Shown here piece by piece: positions 26,901-36,340 of a stretch of DNA of 64,000 nucleotides. The stretch covers positions 16,227,432 through 16,291,431 of the forward strand of contig NC_092679.1 in the NCBI RefSeq assembly GCF_964355755.1. Reading direction: 5' to 3'. This stretch comes from Antedon mediterranea. Lineage: Eukaryota > Animalia > Echinodermata. Below the pieces are notes generated by a model. The model had not been told where the DNA came from, searched no databases, and saw only the letters and a list, made by a program, of their open reading frames with translations. Each line of letters begins with the position of its first letter. The first letter of the stretch is position 1. The position numbers were made by a program, and so were the translations under genes.

Positions 26901-29900
26901 GGTTTTGGTCAAAGTGAATAATTATTATGTAACAGTCAAATGGCATATTAAAAAGATTTGTTTAGGAGGAAAATATATCTGTAAGCTATCCTTTTTAATT
27001 AAATAATACTGTTAATAAGATACAGTAGTACCTGAAAAAAACAGTATCTTTTTGCCATTTATGCAGACATGCAGATTAATTTAGCATTTACGTTCAATGA
27101 ACGATGGTAATGAAAAATAAGAAAAGATTTCTGTGGGGAATTGCCTTAATGAACTCAATTACTATGGTTTATAAACACGGGTAAATAATGTCTAATGACC
27201 ATTTGACAATGCCAGCCGACGTTGGGGTAATATAAACAATATATTTTAATGTTATCATACACTGATAGCCTCTTAATAGTTTGAGTACTATACTAAAAAC
27301 TGCCGTATATTACATTAAGAATGACGCACGAGTTGTTGTTAAAAATTGCTAACTGTGTTGGAACAAACAATTTAGGGAAAACTGATGGACAAACTCCATA
27401 CTTTTAAGCAGCTGGAAAGATCAATGTCCGAGCATGACAACTAGTGGTTACCACAATGACATGGCCAAGAGCACTTTTGTCACCATCAAACTTATTGCAA
27501 CTAGTGGTTACCACAATGGCATGGGCTATAGCACATTTTTCACCATCAAACTTATTGTAACTAGTGGTTACCACAATGGCATGGGCTATAGCACATTTTT
27601 CACCATCAAACTTATTGCAACTAGTGGTTACCACAATGGCATGGGCTATAGCACATTTTTCACCATCAAACTTATTGCAACTAGTGGTTACCACAATGGC
27701 ATGGGCTATAGCACATTTTTCACCATCAAACTTATTGCAACTAGTGGTTACCACAATGGCATGGGCTATAGCACATTTTTCACCATCAAACTTATTGCAA
27801 CTAGTGGTTACCCATACCACTTATTTACGTCATATTGTAACCCTATTGTATAAGTGAACGTGACTCATAGAGGGCGTGCAGAGTGAGACCTTGTGGGTGT
27901 TGAGGATGAAGAGTCTCATGTTTTTAGACTGTTATGTTGGAACAATCCAACAACTGGATTTCAAGACTCTGTGTGATTGATTACAATCATAGGTTACAAT
28001 ACCAATGTTTTTTTTTAAGCACAGACAACTAAGGCAAATAAAGAGAATATAAATAAATAGTTCAATTTACAGGAATACATTTACTTTCACTAAAGCTTTT
28101 CAAGAAAACTTGAAAGTGCATAAAATAAATCAGATAAAGCATAGATCAAAAAGACATTACTGAAACTAATCTCAGATTTGCAAATTCTGTTTTTTTAATT
28201 CACCTAAGATGGATGATTCGGCCTCTGAGGATCCTTCCTTGTTATTAATGTCATTTTGCAATACTGTAATGTCCTTAATTTTGTTGATAATTTTTCAAAT
28301 TCTTGAGTCAAAGTCTTCATCTTCATAAAAGATTCATTTGTTCAACAATGGCATATTTTTTAACAGTGTAATATATAGGTGTGTACATTATTTAAATGAA
28401 ACATGGTAATAAGCCATCATTTGGGGTCTGCTCTAGAAGAAATCAAGTTTCTTGTCTCGAGAAAGACCCCATAAACAATACATATACATACACAACTAAT
28501 ACAATTTACTACTTAAAATAATAAATAAAACAAAAAACGATGGAATAAAAAATACATTCAGTGTACTACAATCATAATAATATTAAAATTAGTATAAAGA
28601 AATAAGATATTTTTTTTAAATTTTTACGAAAAGTATAAAGAGATTTAAAATGCTTTAGTTTGTCATCAAGATCATTCCAGATTCGCGGTCCTGAAACAGA
28701 AATAAAATATTCAGAAATTTTCAGTCTGAAATTTTTAAAGTTAAGAAAAAAAGTCTTATACTGTTATATTATTCTTTCAAACAATTGAATTGATCAGATA
28801 ACGGTTATTAACTTTTAATAAACACAAATTTTGGAAATAAATGGCAACAAAATGGATTGATACAAGTGTCACATGGGATACAGAATGTGTCTATGATACT
28901 ACACAAATTGTAGAAAGAGTATTACAGTACTGAGAATCAGTTGAACCTTATCATACATTCAGCGAAATCCAAATATGTCTTTACCTTAAAATATTTACAT
29001 GGAACGGCTTGTAATAAAAATACATACCTTAATGTACCTTTTAAGACTACTATTACTAAGACTAAGTAAGGTTTATTTCATAGATTAGCTTAAAATTGTA
29101 ATACTTTGAAAGTTTATGATATTGATATACTTTTTTGATAAAATTAATATAGTTAAAAAAGTTTAATGTTTATTGTATTCTGGTTAGTGGAGGTTTTTAT
29201 CTCTTCTGGTTGTGAATTGAATAAAATAAAAAAAATCTTTTTAGAGCGTAATCAGTCCCCCACCCCCACCAAGTTTTACAGTAATGATCTTTTTCCGCTT
29301 ACTCAAATTATTTTCTTACCTGGGAATTGTTCTCTGATTTGACAAACTCCCATATCAGCAGGGATACTGTCAAAACCACAGCTACCTATCACGTACACTC
29401 CAGCATTTTCTGCTTTACTACCATAGTTGAATTGAATACCTTCTAAAAACTATAACAAACAAAACGAAAAAGTCAAAAATGTCTCCTAAAAGTGTCCATA
29501 AAAACAGTATATTTCATGATACTTCATAACAAGAACTTTTGTGGTTTCAAGGATTGAGTACCCACTTTGGTCGAAAGCCCAGATTATGTTTCTCTAAATT
29601 GAATAGATAGTGGGGCAGTGGCATAACGCAGAGGCCTAAGGCCCCTGGTTTAGGAACTCTAAGTGGCCCTCCAACGCTAGAGGCCTCGGTCGTTTTTAAC
29701 CTATTTTAATGCCTGTTTATTCCTCTGGACACTGCTACGGGCCCCTTGGGTTTATCCAGTGAGAGCTGGTTAATTGAAATATCAAGACTTCTTTAAAAGC
29801 ATGGCCAAACATAGAGGATATGCTATAATTTTGTTTAAATACATCGAAACATAGAGGGTGCTATTAAAATCTTGGGCATCAATATCTATTAATAACATCT

Positions 29901-32900
29901 AACAATAGATGATGTGAGGACTTGAAGGCAGTGTGCTTTACCAAATGCTAAGACTGAAAGAGCAACGAAATTCATCATCAATTATGGCGATTTCCATCAA
30001 TTCTAAATACATTTTTTGGTGCTCTCTCCTCCCATCTCAATATCAATGGCCAACAGTGTATTCATTGTTATCATAATGTTTTAAACTTTAAGATTCTAGA
30101 TTCAAGAAATGTTATTGGTCCACTTTGAAATGGAAATTTGTTTTGCTTGGCATAGTTAAGACCATAAAAAAAGCAAAAATACATAAAAATTGCAAATGGC
30201 AATGTTAAAATACTTGTTATTAATAAATATCTATTTTATATTTTGTAATATCCAATCACAAATAAATTGCAATAAAAGATGTTGAACTTTTGTATGCCAA
30301 GAGTAAATTATTTACAATCGGGTATATTTTTGTACAAAAATGTAACAACATCACTCCCACGATTATTAGAAAATGTTGATAGTGAGATTCGAGAGATATT
30401 CTTAACGATGTGTACAGTTATTTTGACACGTCAAATTACACATTTTGTGTGAATTCTCTTGTCAAGATGTACAATATGATGTTATAATGATAAATCACTG
30501 TTTGCCATTTTACACATATTACAGATTTTGAATGTATACTTGTTTGAGACTAACTACCAAAAAAATCATCAAATAATATGCTAAATAATTTCATAAACTG
30601 CAGATGCAAGCTGAATACAAAATGTCTAGAAAAAAATATTTTTTAATATTTAATATATATATGCACAGATATTACATGAAATGTATGTAAGGGATACACA
30701 GGATATGTATTATCAACACAGGTATTAAAGATAAAATATTATATCACATAGCAACTACCATATTTGAACATTTATAATAATGCTCAGACTCCTTAAATCT
30801 GCAAAAAAGCATTGATAAATTTAACATCAACCAAAACCAAATAATGTATGCTGATTTACAGATTCCTGTAATTTCTTAATTGTTAAACATAACTAAAAAA
30901 TGATATTGGAAGCTTGAAAGCTAGTACATAGGCACAATACTGACTGTAATAGCCTGGGTGCAGTACAAATTTTGCGGGAAAAAAGTATAGGAAAATTTTT
31001 TTCTTTTTTTCCTGATAGAGTATACCATATAGAATGTCAGAAAAAAATCCCCATCCCAGGGTCTTGGGGAAAATTGTTTACGGCACTTTTAAATTTTGGC
31101 CTATATAACACACACAAATGCCTTAACACACACAAATACCTACAGTATATATAGGGGATAGGGAAAACCAATTCACGTTTTTTTAACTTGGAGTTGTGTT
31201 ATGATGATTAAAATTAGCTGAGGCTTACTTTAATAACTACTTCTCATAGTAGTTGATAAATCGAGTCGATAACAATGACATCATCATGCCAGAATCCAAT
31301 ATGGCGTCCAATTTGGCGGAAAAAACAGGGTATTGCTAAACCCCGCAAACCCCTGGAAACCTCCAAAATAACATAGCAAACCCCCACCGAACCAACATAA
31401 AAGTGATTGAATCATGGAGTGTATGACCCACTGGGTATATCCATGTAAAAAAAAAAAAAAAAATTTCTACTGTTAACTACTTATTTTTGGGGTAAAACAT
31501 CATTTTTTGGTCAAAAATGATTGCTAAACCCTGCAAACCTCCAAAAAAACATAGCAAACCCCACCGAACCAACATAATAAAAGTGATTGAATCATGTAGT
31601 GTACGACCCACTGGGTATATCCATGTTTTAAAAAAATAAAATTTCTACTGTTAACTACTTGTTTTTGGGGTAAAACATCATTTTTTGGTAAAAAAATGAT
31701 TGCTAATTTTTAACCAAAAAATGACGTTTTATCCCAAAATAAGTAGTTAACAGTAGAAATTTTAATTTTTGTTTACATGGACATACCCAGTGGGGCGTAC
31801 ATTCCATAATTCAATCACTTTTATGTCGGTTCGGTGGGGTTTTCTATGTTTTTTTTTTTAGGTTTCCAGGGGTTTGCGGGGGTTTAGCAATACCCTGTTT
31901 TTCCCATCAAATTGGACGCCATATTGGATTCTGGCATGATGATGTCATCGTATCGACTTGATTCATCAACTACTATGAGAAGTAGTTATTAAAGTAAGCC
32001 TCTACTACTTTTAATCATTAAAACACAACTGCAAGTAACAAAAACTGTTAATTGATTTTCCCTATCCCCTATATATAGGTATTTGTGTATGTTAATAGGA
32101 ATTTGTGTATGTTATATAGGCCAAAATTTAAAAGAGCCATAAAAAATTTTCCCCAAGACCCTGGGATGGGGATTTTTTTTCTGACATTCCATATGGTATA
32201 CTCTATTAGAAAAACCAAAAAAAAATTTTCCTATACTTTTTTCCCGCAAATGTGTATAATAATTGTTCTGCACCCAGGCTATAATCACTATGAGTTAAGC
32301 TCTGTAGTTTGACAAAAAAAAAGGTGTGATGTACCCAAATATGGTAGTGATGTGACATCATCATGTCCATTATGGGTACATCACATTTTTTGATAGTGTA
32401 GAAAAAGCTTTACACCACCTCTTGTCTTGCGACACGACACATTTAACTATTTTGTCTGAATAATTTTTAATTTCCTTTATATCTATCATGATCCATGCAA
32501 TGTAATTAATCTATATATTTATTTTGTTTGGGATTTACAGCACGTCATCTTTAAATAAAAAATATCATAAAATACTACAGTACTATACTGATGTTACATA
32601 GAAAAAATTGTAACGCTTCGATTACAAATCAAAATATTATAATATAGGCAAATCAGATTTTTTTTCACATAATAGTCGGATACAGTTAGTAAATCTAAAA
32701 ATGTTGCTCATTTTTTATCTCTTTCTCTCCATGATGTTATTTATAAAACAGGACTATGTAGGTACGACATCATCATTTGTCAGTGTGTAACCAAATCATG
32801 TAACTACAGACAGTTTTATTATCATCTAGAGAGTTTTCGTTTGGGACGGTAGAGGAAGGATGAATGTTAAATCGACTAAATATATAATCGACCAATCAAA

Positions 32901-35900
32901 AAGTGTATACTTGGCTTACTATGGAAATAATCTGTAATCTGAAGTCTCACTAATGTTGCATCTCACTATTGAGTAAACACTTAAACAACTTACATTTTTG
33001 TCTATCTTTGGTGTTTACAGTATAATTTATTGTATAAGTTATTTTACATTTATATATTTTTAAAATTTTTCATTTTATAGCGCATAGTGTTAATGTTTAG
33101 ATTATGTATATATATATTGCTATAATAGGACAATAAATAAAAAAATCACACATATGGTTGTCGTATTAATAATTTGATTAAAAATGAATTTTCATTGTAT
33201 TAAACAAATATTGTAGACTATCAATATTATTAATTATGTATTCAACATCAATATTTTATTAAGCAAAGTGTCCAAGCAATTTAGTAATATAATATTCTGC
33301 ATACATTTTTTATAAAATTTAATATCCATATATTGTATGCAAAGCAAGTGCTGCAGAAATCTAAAAAAGCAAAATTAAAATTATTATGCAACTGAAACAA
33401 AAGTAGTTTTTAAAACAAAAGATAATATTAGGAAGACTTTTGTGAAATATCTCCTGTAAGTGAACACTCTCGGGTTTTGAAAATGTATCTGCTAACTGGA
33501 GGTGTTCATTATTAGAGTTGATAATGTTGACATATTGGTTAGTTGATATAGAGGTTTGGTGATATGACTATGATGATTATGATTTATATTTTTGTGTCCT
33601 AAATGAAGAGGTCCTCTCTTTTCCCTACACACTGCATTTATAAATTTCAGTAGTTTGTATACATATTGTATTCATTGTCACCAAAATTGTAAGAGGAAAA
33701 ATTGTTTCAAATTTAAAAAAAGCTCTTTTGTCCGTGATTGTCAGTGTGTTCAAAGTACAAGTCACTGAAATGAAATAAGATAGAGTGCACTCATTTAATG
33801 GATCAACCATCGTAACTAGCGACTAGATGTCTCTTAAAAAGGTGATTTGAATACATTTGCCTAGCTATCAAATGATGTTAATTATCAGTGTTTATGTTTA
33901 AATCCATTAGCGACGAGGCTGTGTTTATAACTACAATATTGGATGATAATGTCAAGAGAGAAGAATTGGTATTAGTTACTAATCCCCTAAAGCAGTGGAT
34001 ATGTTACAGATCAGGATGGATTAAATATTGATTATCAATATCATCAACTTAATAAAGCTACTACACACTTGGATATTTCATAAAGGATTGTTATATAAAT
34101 ACATTACTAATCCCCAAATACAATTACTATATTGCGGATCTGTTACTAATCTCCTAAAGGAACAAATATGTTGTTGATTATGTATAGATTATTAATTTCA
34201 TAACTCTATATGGATGTTACAGGTTGATTGCTAATCCGATAAAGGAACAAAATTGCTGTGGATTTAACTAATATTAATCTCATAAATCAATAAATCTCCT
34301 ACACGCTTAGATAATCCTCTATTATATAGCTATTTCATAAAGGATTATTATAGCAATGCATTAATAATCCACAATGCATTGGATATTTTACAATCAGTTA
34401 CTAATCTGATATTTAAGGAACACAATTGCTGTGGATTAAAGTATTATATTAATCCAAACTTTGTAGATAGAGCTAATCATCTACAATACAGGATTTTTAT
34501 TCTACTAATGAATTACTAATCTCTAATTAATAATTATCTAATCTAAAAAATAATTGATATGAGGAAACTTTGCTGGTTCCTGATTCTGTCCCCTTAACTG
34601 GGGTTACAGTATAAAAATACATACAAGTTCCTACCTGTGGTTCTCCACTGATATCGATGTGGTGACATCCATTTTCGACACATGCTCTTACTAACTGCTC
34701 TCCAAAGAATCTATACTGTAGAAAAAAGACATTTTTGAAAAGAAAATTTATAAATCAATATGTCACTTTTAAATTATTATGTATGAAACACAATTATGGA
34801 ATGCCATCGTTCCCGTTTGGAAAATTAAAATTCAGTACTTTTACTAATTACTAGCGCTTTAGCATTGTTTAAAGTATGTATGTATTAAAGAGTCGATATC
34901 CAATCTAGTTTGAACAATACCATGAAAGCCCCACCCCAGTGGTCTAATGGTTAGGACATCTGCATATTAAGCAGAAGGTTCCGGGTTTGAATCTTTGTTG
35001 GGGCATAGAGATATTTATAATATCTCTATGGTTGGGGCGATTTTTTTCTCAATCTCACAGATTTTATCATCTTTATCGTTTCAAATTAATTAATTAATTT
35101 CAGTATACCATCAGGCGGTTTAGAATTCATGTTCTGTGCCTGTTTATTACAGTATTATATTATATATACATTCCTTGTATTGTACTAAATTTTAATGGAG
35201 AAAAAAACCATTATTTGATTTGCAAAAACCAAGTCCTATGCATTTGTCATCATATAGACTTGGAATATGGAAAAATATTTGATTTGCAAAAACCAAGGAC
35301 CCATGCAAGTGAGGACGCACAACATCCCATGTTAATTATGCGCACAATGAGTTCACACAACATAACTACTGTAGTTCCTCGGTCGTCCCAAATTGCAAGC
35401 TCTCTATTGTTACTTACAGGACCAACACAATTCAGAATGACCTTTGACTTTTGACACATAGTTTTGAGACTGTCCTCATCATTTACATTAGCCACCACAA
35501 TGTCAATTTCATTTTCAAGAGTTTTCCCTGAAAGAAAGAATACATCTTTAGAACTAATTGTCACTGCAAGATTAATTCAACTACCAAACAATAGATCATG
35601 TTTTTTGTACAAAGGATTCCTTTGGTAAAATCACAAAAGATAATGGTTTTAAACCACAATAGCATTGTGAAAAACAATTTCAACAAAGTATGTTTAAGGT
35701 GGCCAACCTTTTTGGTTTATATTAAACAACGATAAACATGTCTATTATTAAAAAAGACCATGGATTGTTCATTATGGATGGCTATTTTATTTACTACAAA
35801 TTTGTAAAATAAAGATATGCTTAGGCCTTGGTTAAATAATGATTTGTTTTGTTGCAGAACATTTTTGTTTGTGAAATATTAGTTTAAACTGTGTATAATA

Positions 35901-36224
35901 CAGCTAACTTGGTCTAGGTTTTAGGCTAGGCCTAGGCCGGTAGCCACTAGGGCCTAGGCCCCTATTTGTGATGCAGTAAAACTACCGTGTTGTGCCCCGC
36001 CAAAATCTGACGCACTACAAACCGGTTATCTCTTGAGCTTGCACCAAAATAGCTCTCAATTTTTCGGACGAACGACCAGCAACTGCCCATTTTAAATCGT
36101 TCTCTTCATCAACGACTCTTGCTAGTTCTTCTACGACAAATTGTCCAGTGAATCCACTTGCACCAAAAACAGTAATATCATAGATTCTTTCTACCTTTAC
36201 ATCATCGACAACCGGCGAAGCCAT
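16263..36224 (-). CDS. SCCPDH: Saccharopine dehydrogenase-like oxidoreductase, complete 11-exon gene, 433 aa
   Basis: join(complement): 36023-36224, 35418-35527, 34635-34715, 29320-29449, 26560-26609, 25979-26109, 25152-25269, 21330-21449, 20723-20891, 16728-16809, 16263-16371 = 1302 nt. All GT-AG with matching phases. Motifs: Rossmann GASGFTG, NCVGPYRFFGE, DISGEP, SCGFDSIPADMG, GPEPGYVATPI, GGVFTPGAAF. AATAAA on the minus strand at 16235-16240. Confidence 0.95.
16728..16809 (-). CDS. SCCPDH: SCCPDH exon 10: EPGYVATPIAMLQSAFVLLSEADKIPG
   Basis: ttttgtag acceptor, gtaaac donor, 82 nt. Confidence 0.93.
16855..17020. mobile_element. Harbinger-like MITE family (GCTCTGTCTACACTATCAAAC TIR, internal CCAAATATGGTAGTGATATG repeats), partial copy
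   Basis: The same family recurs at ~25400-25556, ~32298-32410, ~55405-55560 and ~58061-58203. TIR ends sit in TTA/TAA contexts. Confidence 0.7.
17472..17830. mobile_element. Rearranged Penelope-like (PLE) reverse transcriptase fragment
   Basis: Plus strand 17472-17588 reads HFHPAIKFTHEISDKCVPFLHISLSIDKPGLSTSVHI. Minus strand ~17667-17578 reads YLNYNSSHPPACKNAIPYS*LVRLRRLCE. Both are characteristic PLE RT/thumb motifs. Confidence 0.75.
19740..19985 (-). mobile_element. 3' end of an L2-group LINE with (AAT)n tail
   Basis: Minus-strand peptide FSKFGPVMWNELPSVIREQTTVLKFKKALKTHLF, followed by AAGCGCT...AGCGCTATATAAAT and a simple-repeat tail. Confidence 0.75.
20028..20160. mobile_element. Partial, internally inverted copy of the Penelope-like terminal repeat seen at 24033-24216
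   Basis: 20028-20090 is the reverse complement of ~24170-24220. It is followed in forward orientation by GCTAGTGGTTGCCCGAAAG...TTTTCTGACTGTTT (cf. 24065-24106). The CTGATGA ribozyme core is missing. Confidence 0.6.
20723..20891 (-). CDS. SCCPDH: SCCPDH exon 9: YPRVFSFGAFSHDGPSRQQMAK...MVTKVSGP
   Basis: tatctcag acceptor, gtaagc donor, 169 nt. Confidence 0.93.
21330..21449 (-). CDS. SCCPDH: SCCPDH exon 8: IQYGAYVTVTSLFSLFMLIFGGLIFSILARYKFGRNLLEK (hydrophobic segment)
   Basis: actttcag acceptor, gtaatt donor, 120 nt. Confidence 0.93.
21510..22000 (+). repeat. tRNA-derived SINE with a 7 x 63-bp internal tandem array (21548-21988)
   Basis: A-box-like head TAGCTTGGTGGTTAACG. Units start at 21548, 21611, 21674, 21737, 21800, 21863 and 21926, each containing the B-box-like GGATTCAATCC. 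Confidence 0.85.
22162..22483 (+). mobile_element. tRNA-headed SINE with Deu/Nin-like central domain
   Basis: A box TGGCCGATCGG and B-box-like GGTTCGAGGC. Central GGATAAGGACTATAAACCGTAGGTCC...GCACTTTAAAGAACC...GAGTAGGGGGTTACCCCGGTG resembles the Deu/Nin domain. Second copy at 56010-56311 (-). Confidence 0.8.
23772..23923. mobile_element. 152-bp MITE
   Basis: ~41-bp TIRs ATTATAGAAACAGTGCTCATATTCGGAACATGATCTCATAA with one mismatch. Confidence 0.8.
23973..24017 (-). ncRNA. Type I minimal hammerhead ribozyme (sense to the SCCPDH pre-mRNA)
   Basis: Minus strand reads CTGCA-CTGACGA-GATCT-aata-AGATT-GAAA-CAGTACTG-TC-TGCAG: complete CUGANGA/GAAA core, 5-bp stem I, 5-bp stem II, palindromic stem III and a GUC cleavage triplet. 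Confidence 0.85.
24033..24216 (+). mobile_element. Penelope-like terminal-repeat element bounded by (TA)n tracts
   Basis: Carries the hammerhead core at 24052-24088. Flanked by TA microsatellites. Related partial copy at 20028-20160. Confidence 0.6.
24052..24088 (+). ncRNA. Type I minimal hammerhead ribozyme (PLE-type)
   Basis: GCA-CTGATGA-A-GGGC-tagtgtt-GCCC-GAAA-GCTC-TGC: intact core, 4-bp GC stem II, palindromic AGCU stem III typical of dimeric PLE hammerheads. Stem I is only 3 bp. Confidence 0.7.
25152..25269 (-). CDS. SCCPDH: SCCPDH exon 7: SSVFYHDKSSKWAIPFPGSDVSVVRRTQRFMHEKESMRP
   Basis: ttcttttag acceptor, gtaagt donor, 118 nt. Confidence 0.93.
25400..25556. mobile_element. Harbinger-like MITE (TCTGTCTACAC family)
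   Basis: Inverted ends TCTGTCTACAC / GTGTAGACAGAGC. Same internal repeats as the other copies. Confidence 0.7.
25979..26109 (-). CDS. SCCPDH: SCCPDH exon 6: GTVGHYGTWQSAIHGFANSKELIGLRKQFQHKPMPRYQPRLTKR
   Basis: ttttgcag acceptor, gtaagg donor, 131 nt. Confidence 0.93.
26560..26609 (-). CDS. SCCPDH: SCCPDH exon 5: GIVNTIESFLTASSSGS
   Basis: aatttcag acceptor, gtgagt donor, 50 nt. Phases fit both neighbouring exons. Confidence 0.9.
26676..26980. mobile_element. ~310-bp TTAA-flanked non-autonomous DNA element (Kolobok-like)
   Basis: Colinear second copy at 58405-58725, which has TIRs AGATGTATTGTCC / GGACAATACATCT followed by TTAA. This copy is preceded by TTAA. Confidence 0.6.
27438..27812. 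repeat. 60-bp minisatellite, ~6.2 copies
   Basis: Unit CAACTAGTGGTTACCACAATGGCATGGGCTATAGCACATTTTTCACCATCAAACTTATTG, nearly identical copies, in SCCPDH intron 4. Confidence 0.95.
28420..28730 (-). mobile_element. 3' end of a CR1/L2-group LINE
   Basis: Minus-strand peptide ISVSGPRIWNDLDDKLKHFKSLYTFRKKFKK, followed by a 3'UTR containing a GGGGTCT..AGACCCC stem. Confidence 0.6.
29320..29449 (-). CDS. SCCPDH: SCCPDH exon 4: FLEGIQFNYGSKAENAGVYVIGSCGFDSIPADMGVCQIREQFP
   Basis: gttatag acceptor, gtaaga donor, 130 nt. Confidence 0.95.
30950..32281. mobile_element. Almost fully palindromic non-autonomous DNA transposon, Academ-like (second family)
   Basis: Termini TAGCCTGGGTGCAG...CTGCACCCAGGCTA with TSD TAA (30947-30949, 32282-32284). 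Arms meet near 31705. The left arm carries a ~185-bp tandem duplication (31333-31520 / 31521-31705). Confidence 0.85.
34635..34715 (-). CDS. SCCPDH: SCCPDH exon 3: YRFFGEQLVRACVENGCHHIDISGEPQ
   Basis: tttctacag acceptor, gtagga donor, 81 nt. Confidence 0.95.
34933..35145 (+). mobile_element. tRNA-derived SINE (second family)
   Basis: TGGTCTAATGGTTAGGACATC...GCAGAAGGTTCCGGGTT head. Related copy at 53612-53770. Confidence 0.7.
35004..35030. mobile_element. 27-bp palindromic insertion with 7-bp TSD (P-superfamily-like mini element)
   Basis: GTTGGGG|CATAGAGATATT-tat-AATATCTCTATG|GTTGGGG. Absent from the homologous SINE position at ~53661. Confidence 0.7.
35418..35527 (-). CDS. SCCPDH: SCCPDH exon 2: GKTLENEIDIVVANVNDEDSLKTMCQKSKVILNCVGP
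   Basis: tctttcag acceptor, gtaagt donor, 110 nt. Confidence 0.95.
36023..36224 (-). CDS. SCCPDH: SCCPDH exon 1: MASPVVDDVKVERIYDITVFGASGFTGQFVVEEL...QEIT
   Basis: AAAAATGGC start context, Rossmann motif, gtttgt donor, 202 nt. Confidence 0.95.
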
Positions 36225-36259
36225 TTTTGCTGTTGTTTAATGTCAAAGGTCGTGAGAAG

Positions 36260-36340
36260 AAGTAAGTAGGCGCATGTGCGCTCTCAGAGCCACTCATGCA
36301 TGTCCCGTGATGTTTTTTAAACGTTTCAACCAATCAAATT
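36260..36340 (-). promoter_or_regulatory. Putative SCCPDH proximal promoter (NRF1-like site and CCAAT box)
   Basis: GCGCATGTGCGC at 36270-36281 and CCAAT at 36330-36334, 45-110 bp upstream of the ATG. Motif match only. Confidence 0.45.

Noticed and set aside
34933-35003. tRNA gene (also at 21510, 22162, 53612 and 56311)
   Set aside because: A/B-box heads without a complete cloverleaf, continuing into shared repeat bodies. These are SINEs.
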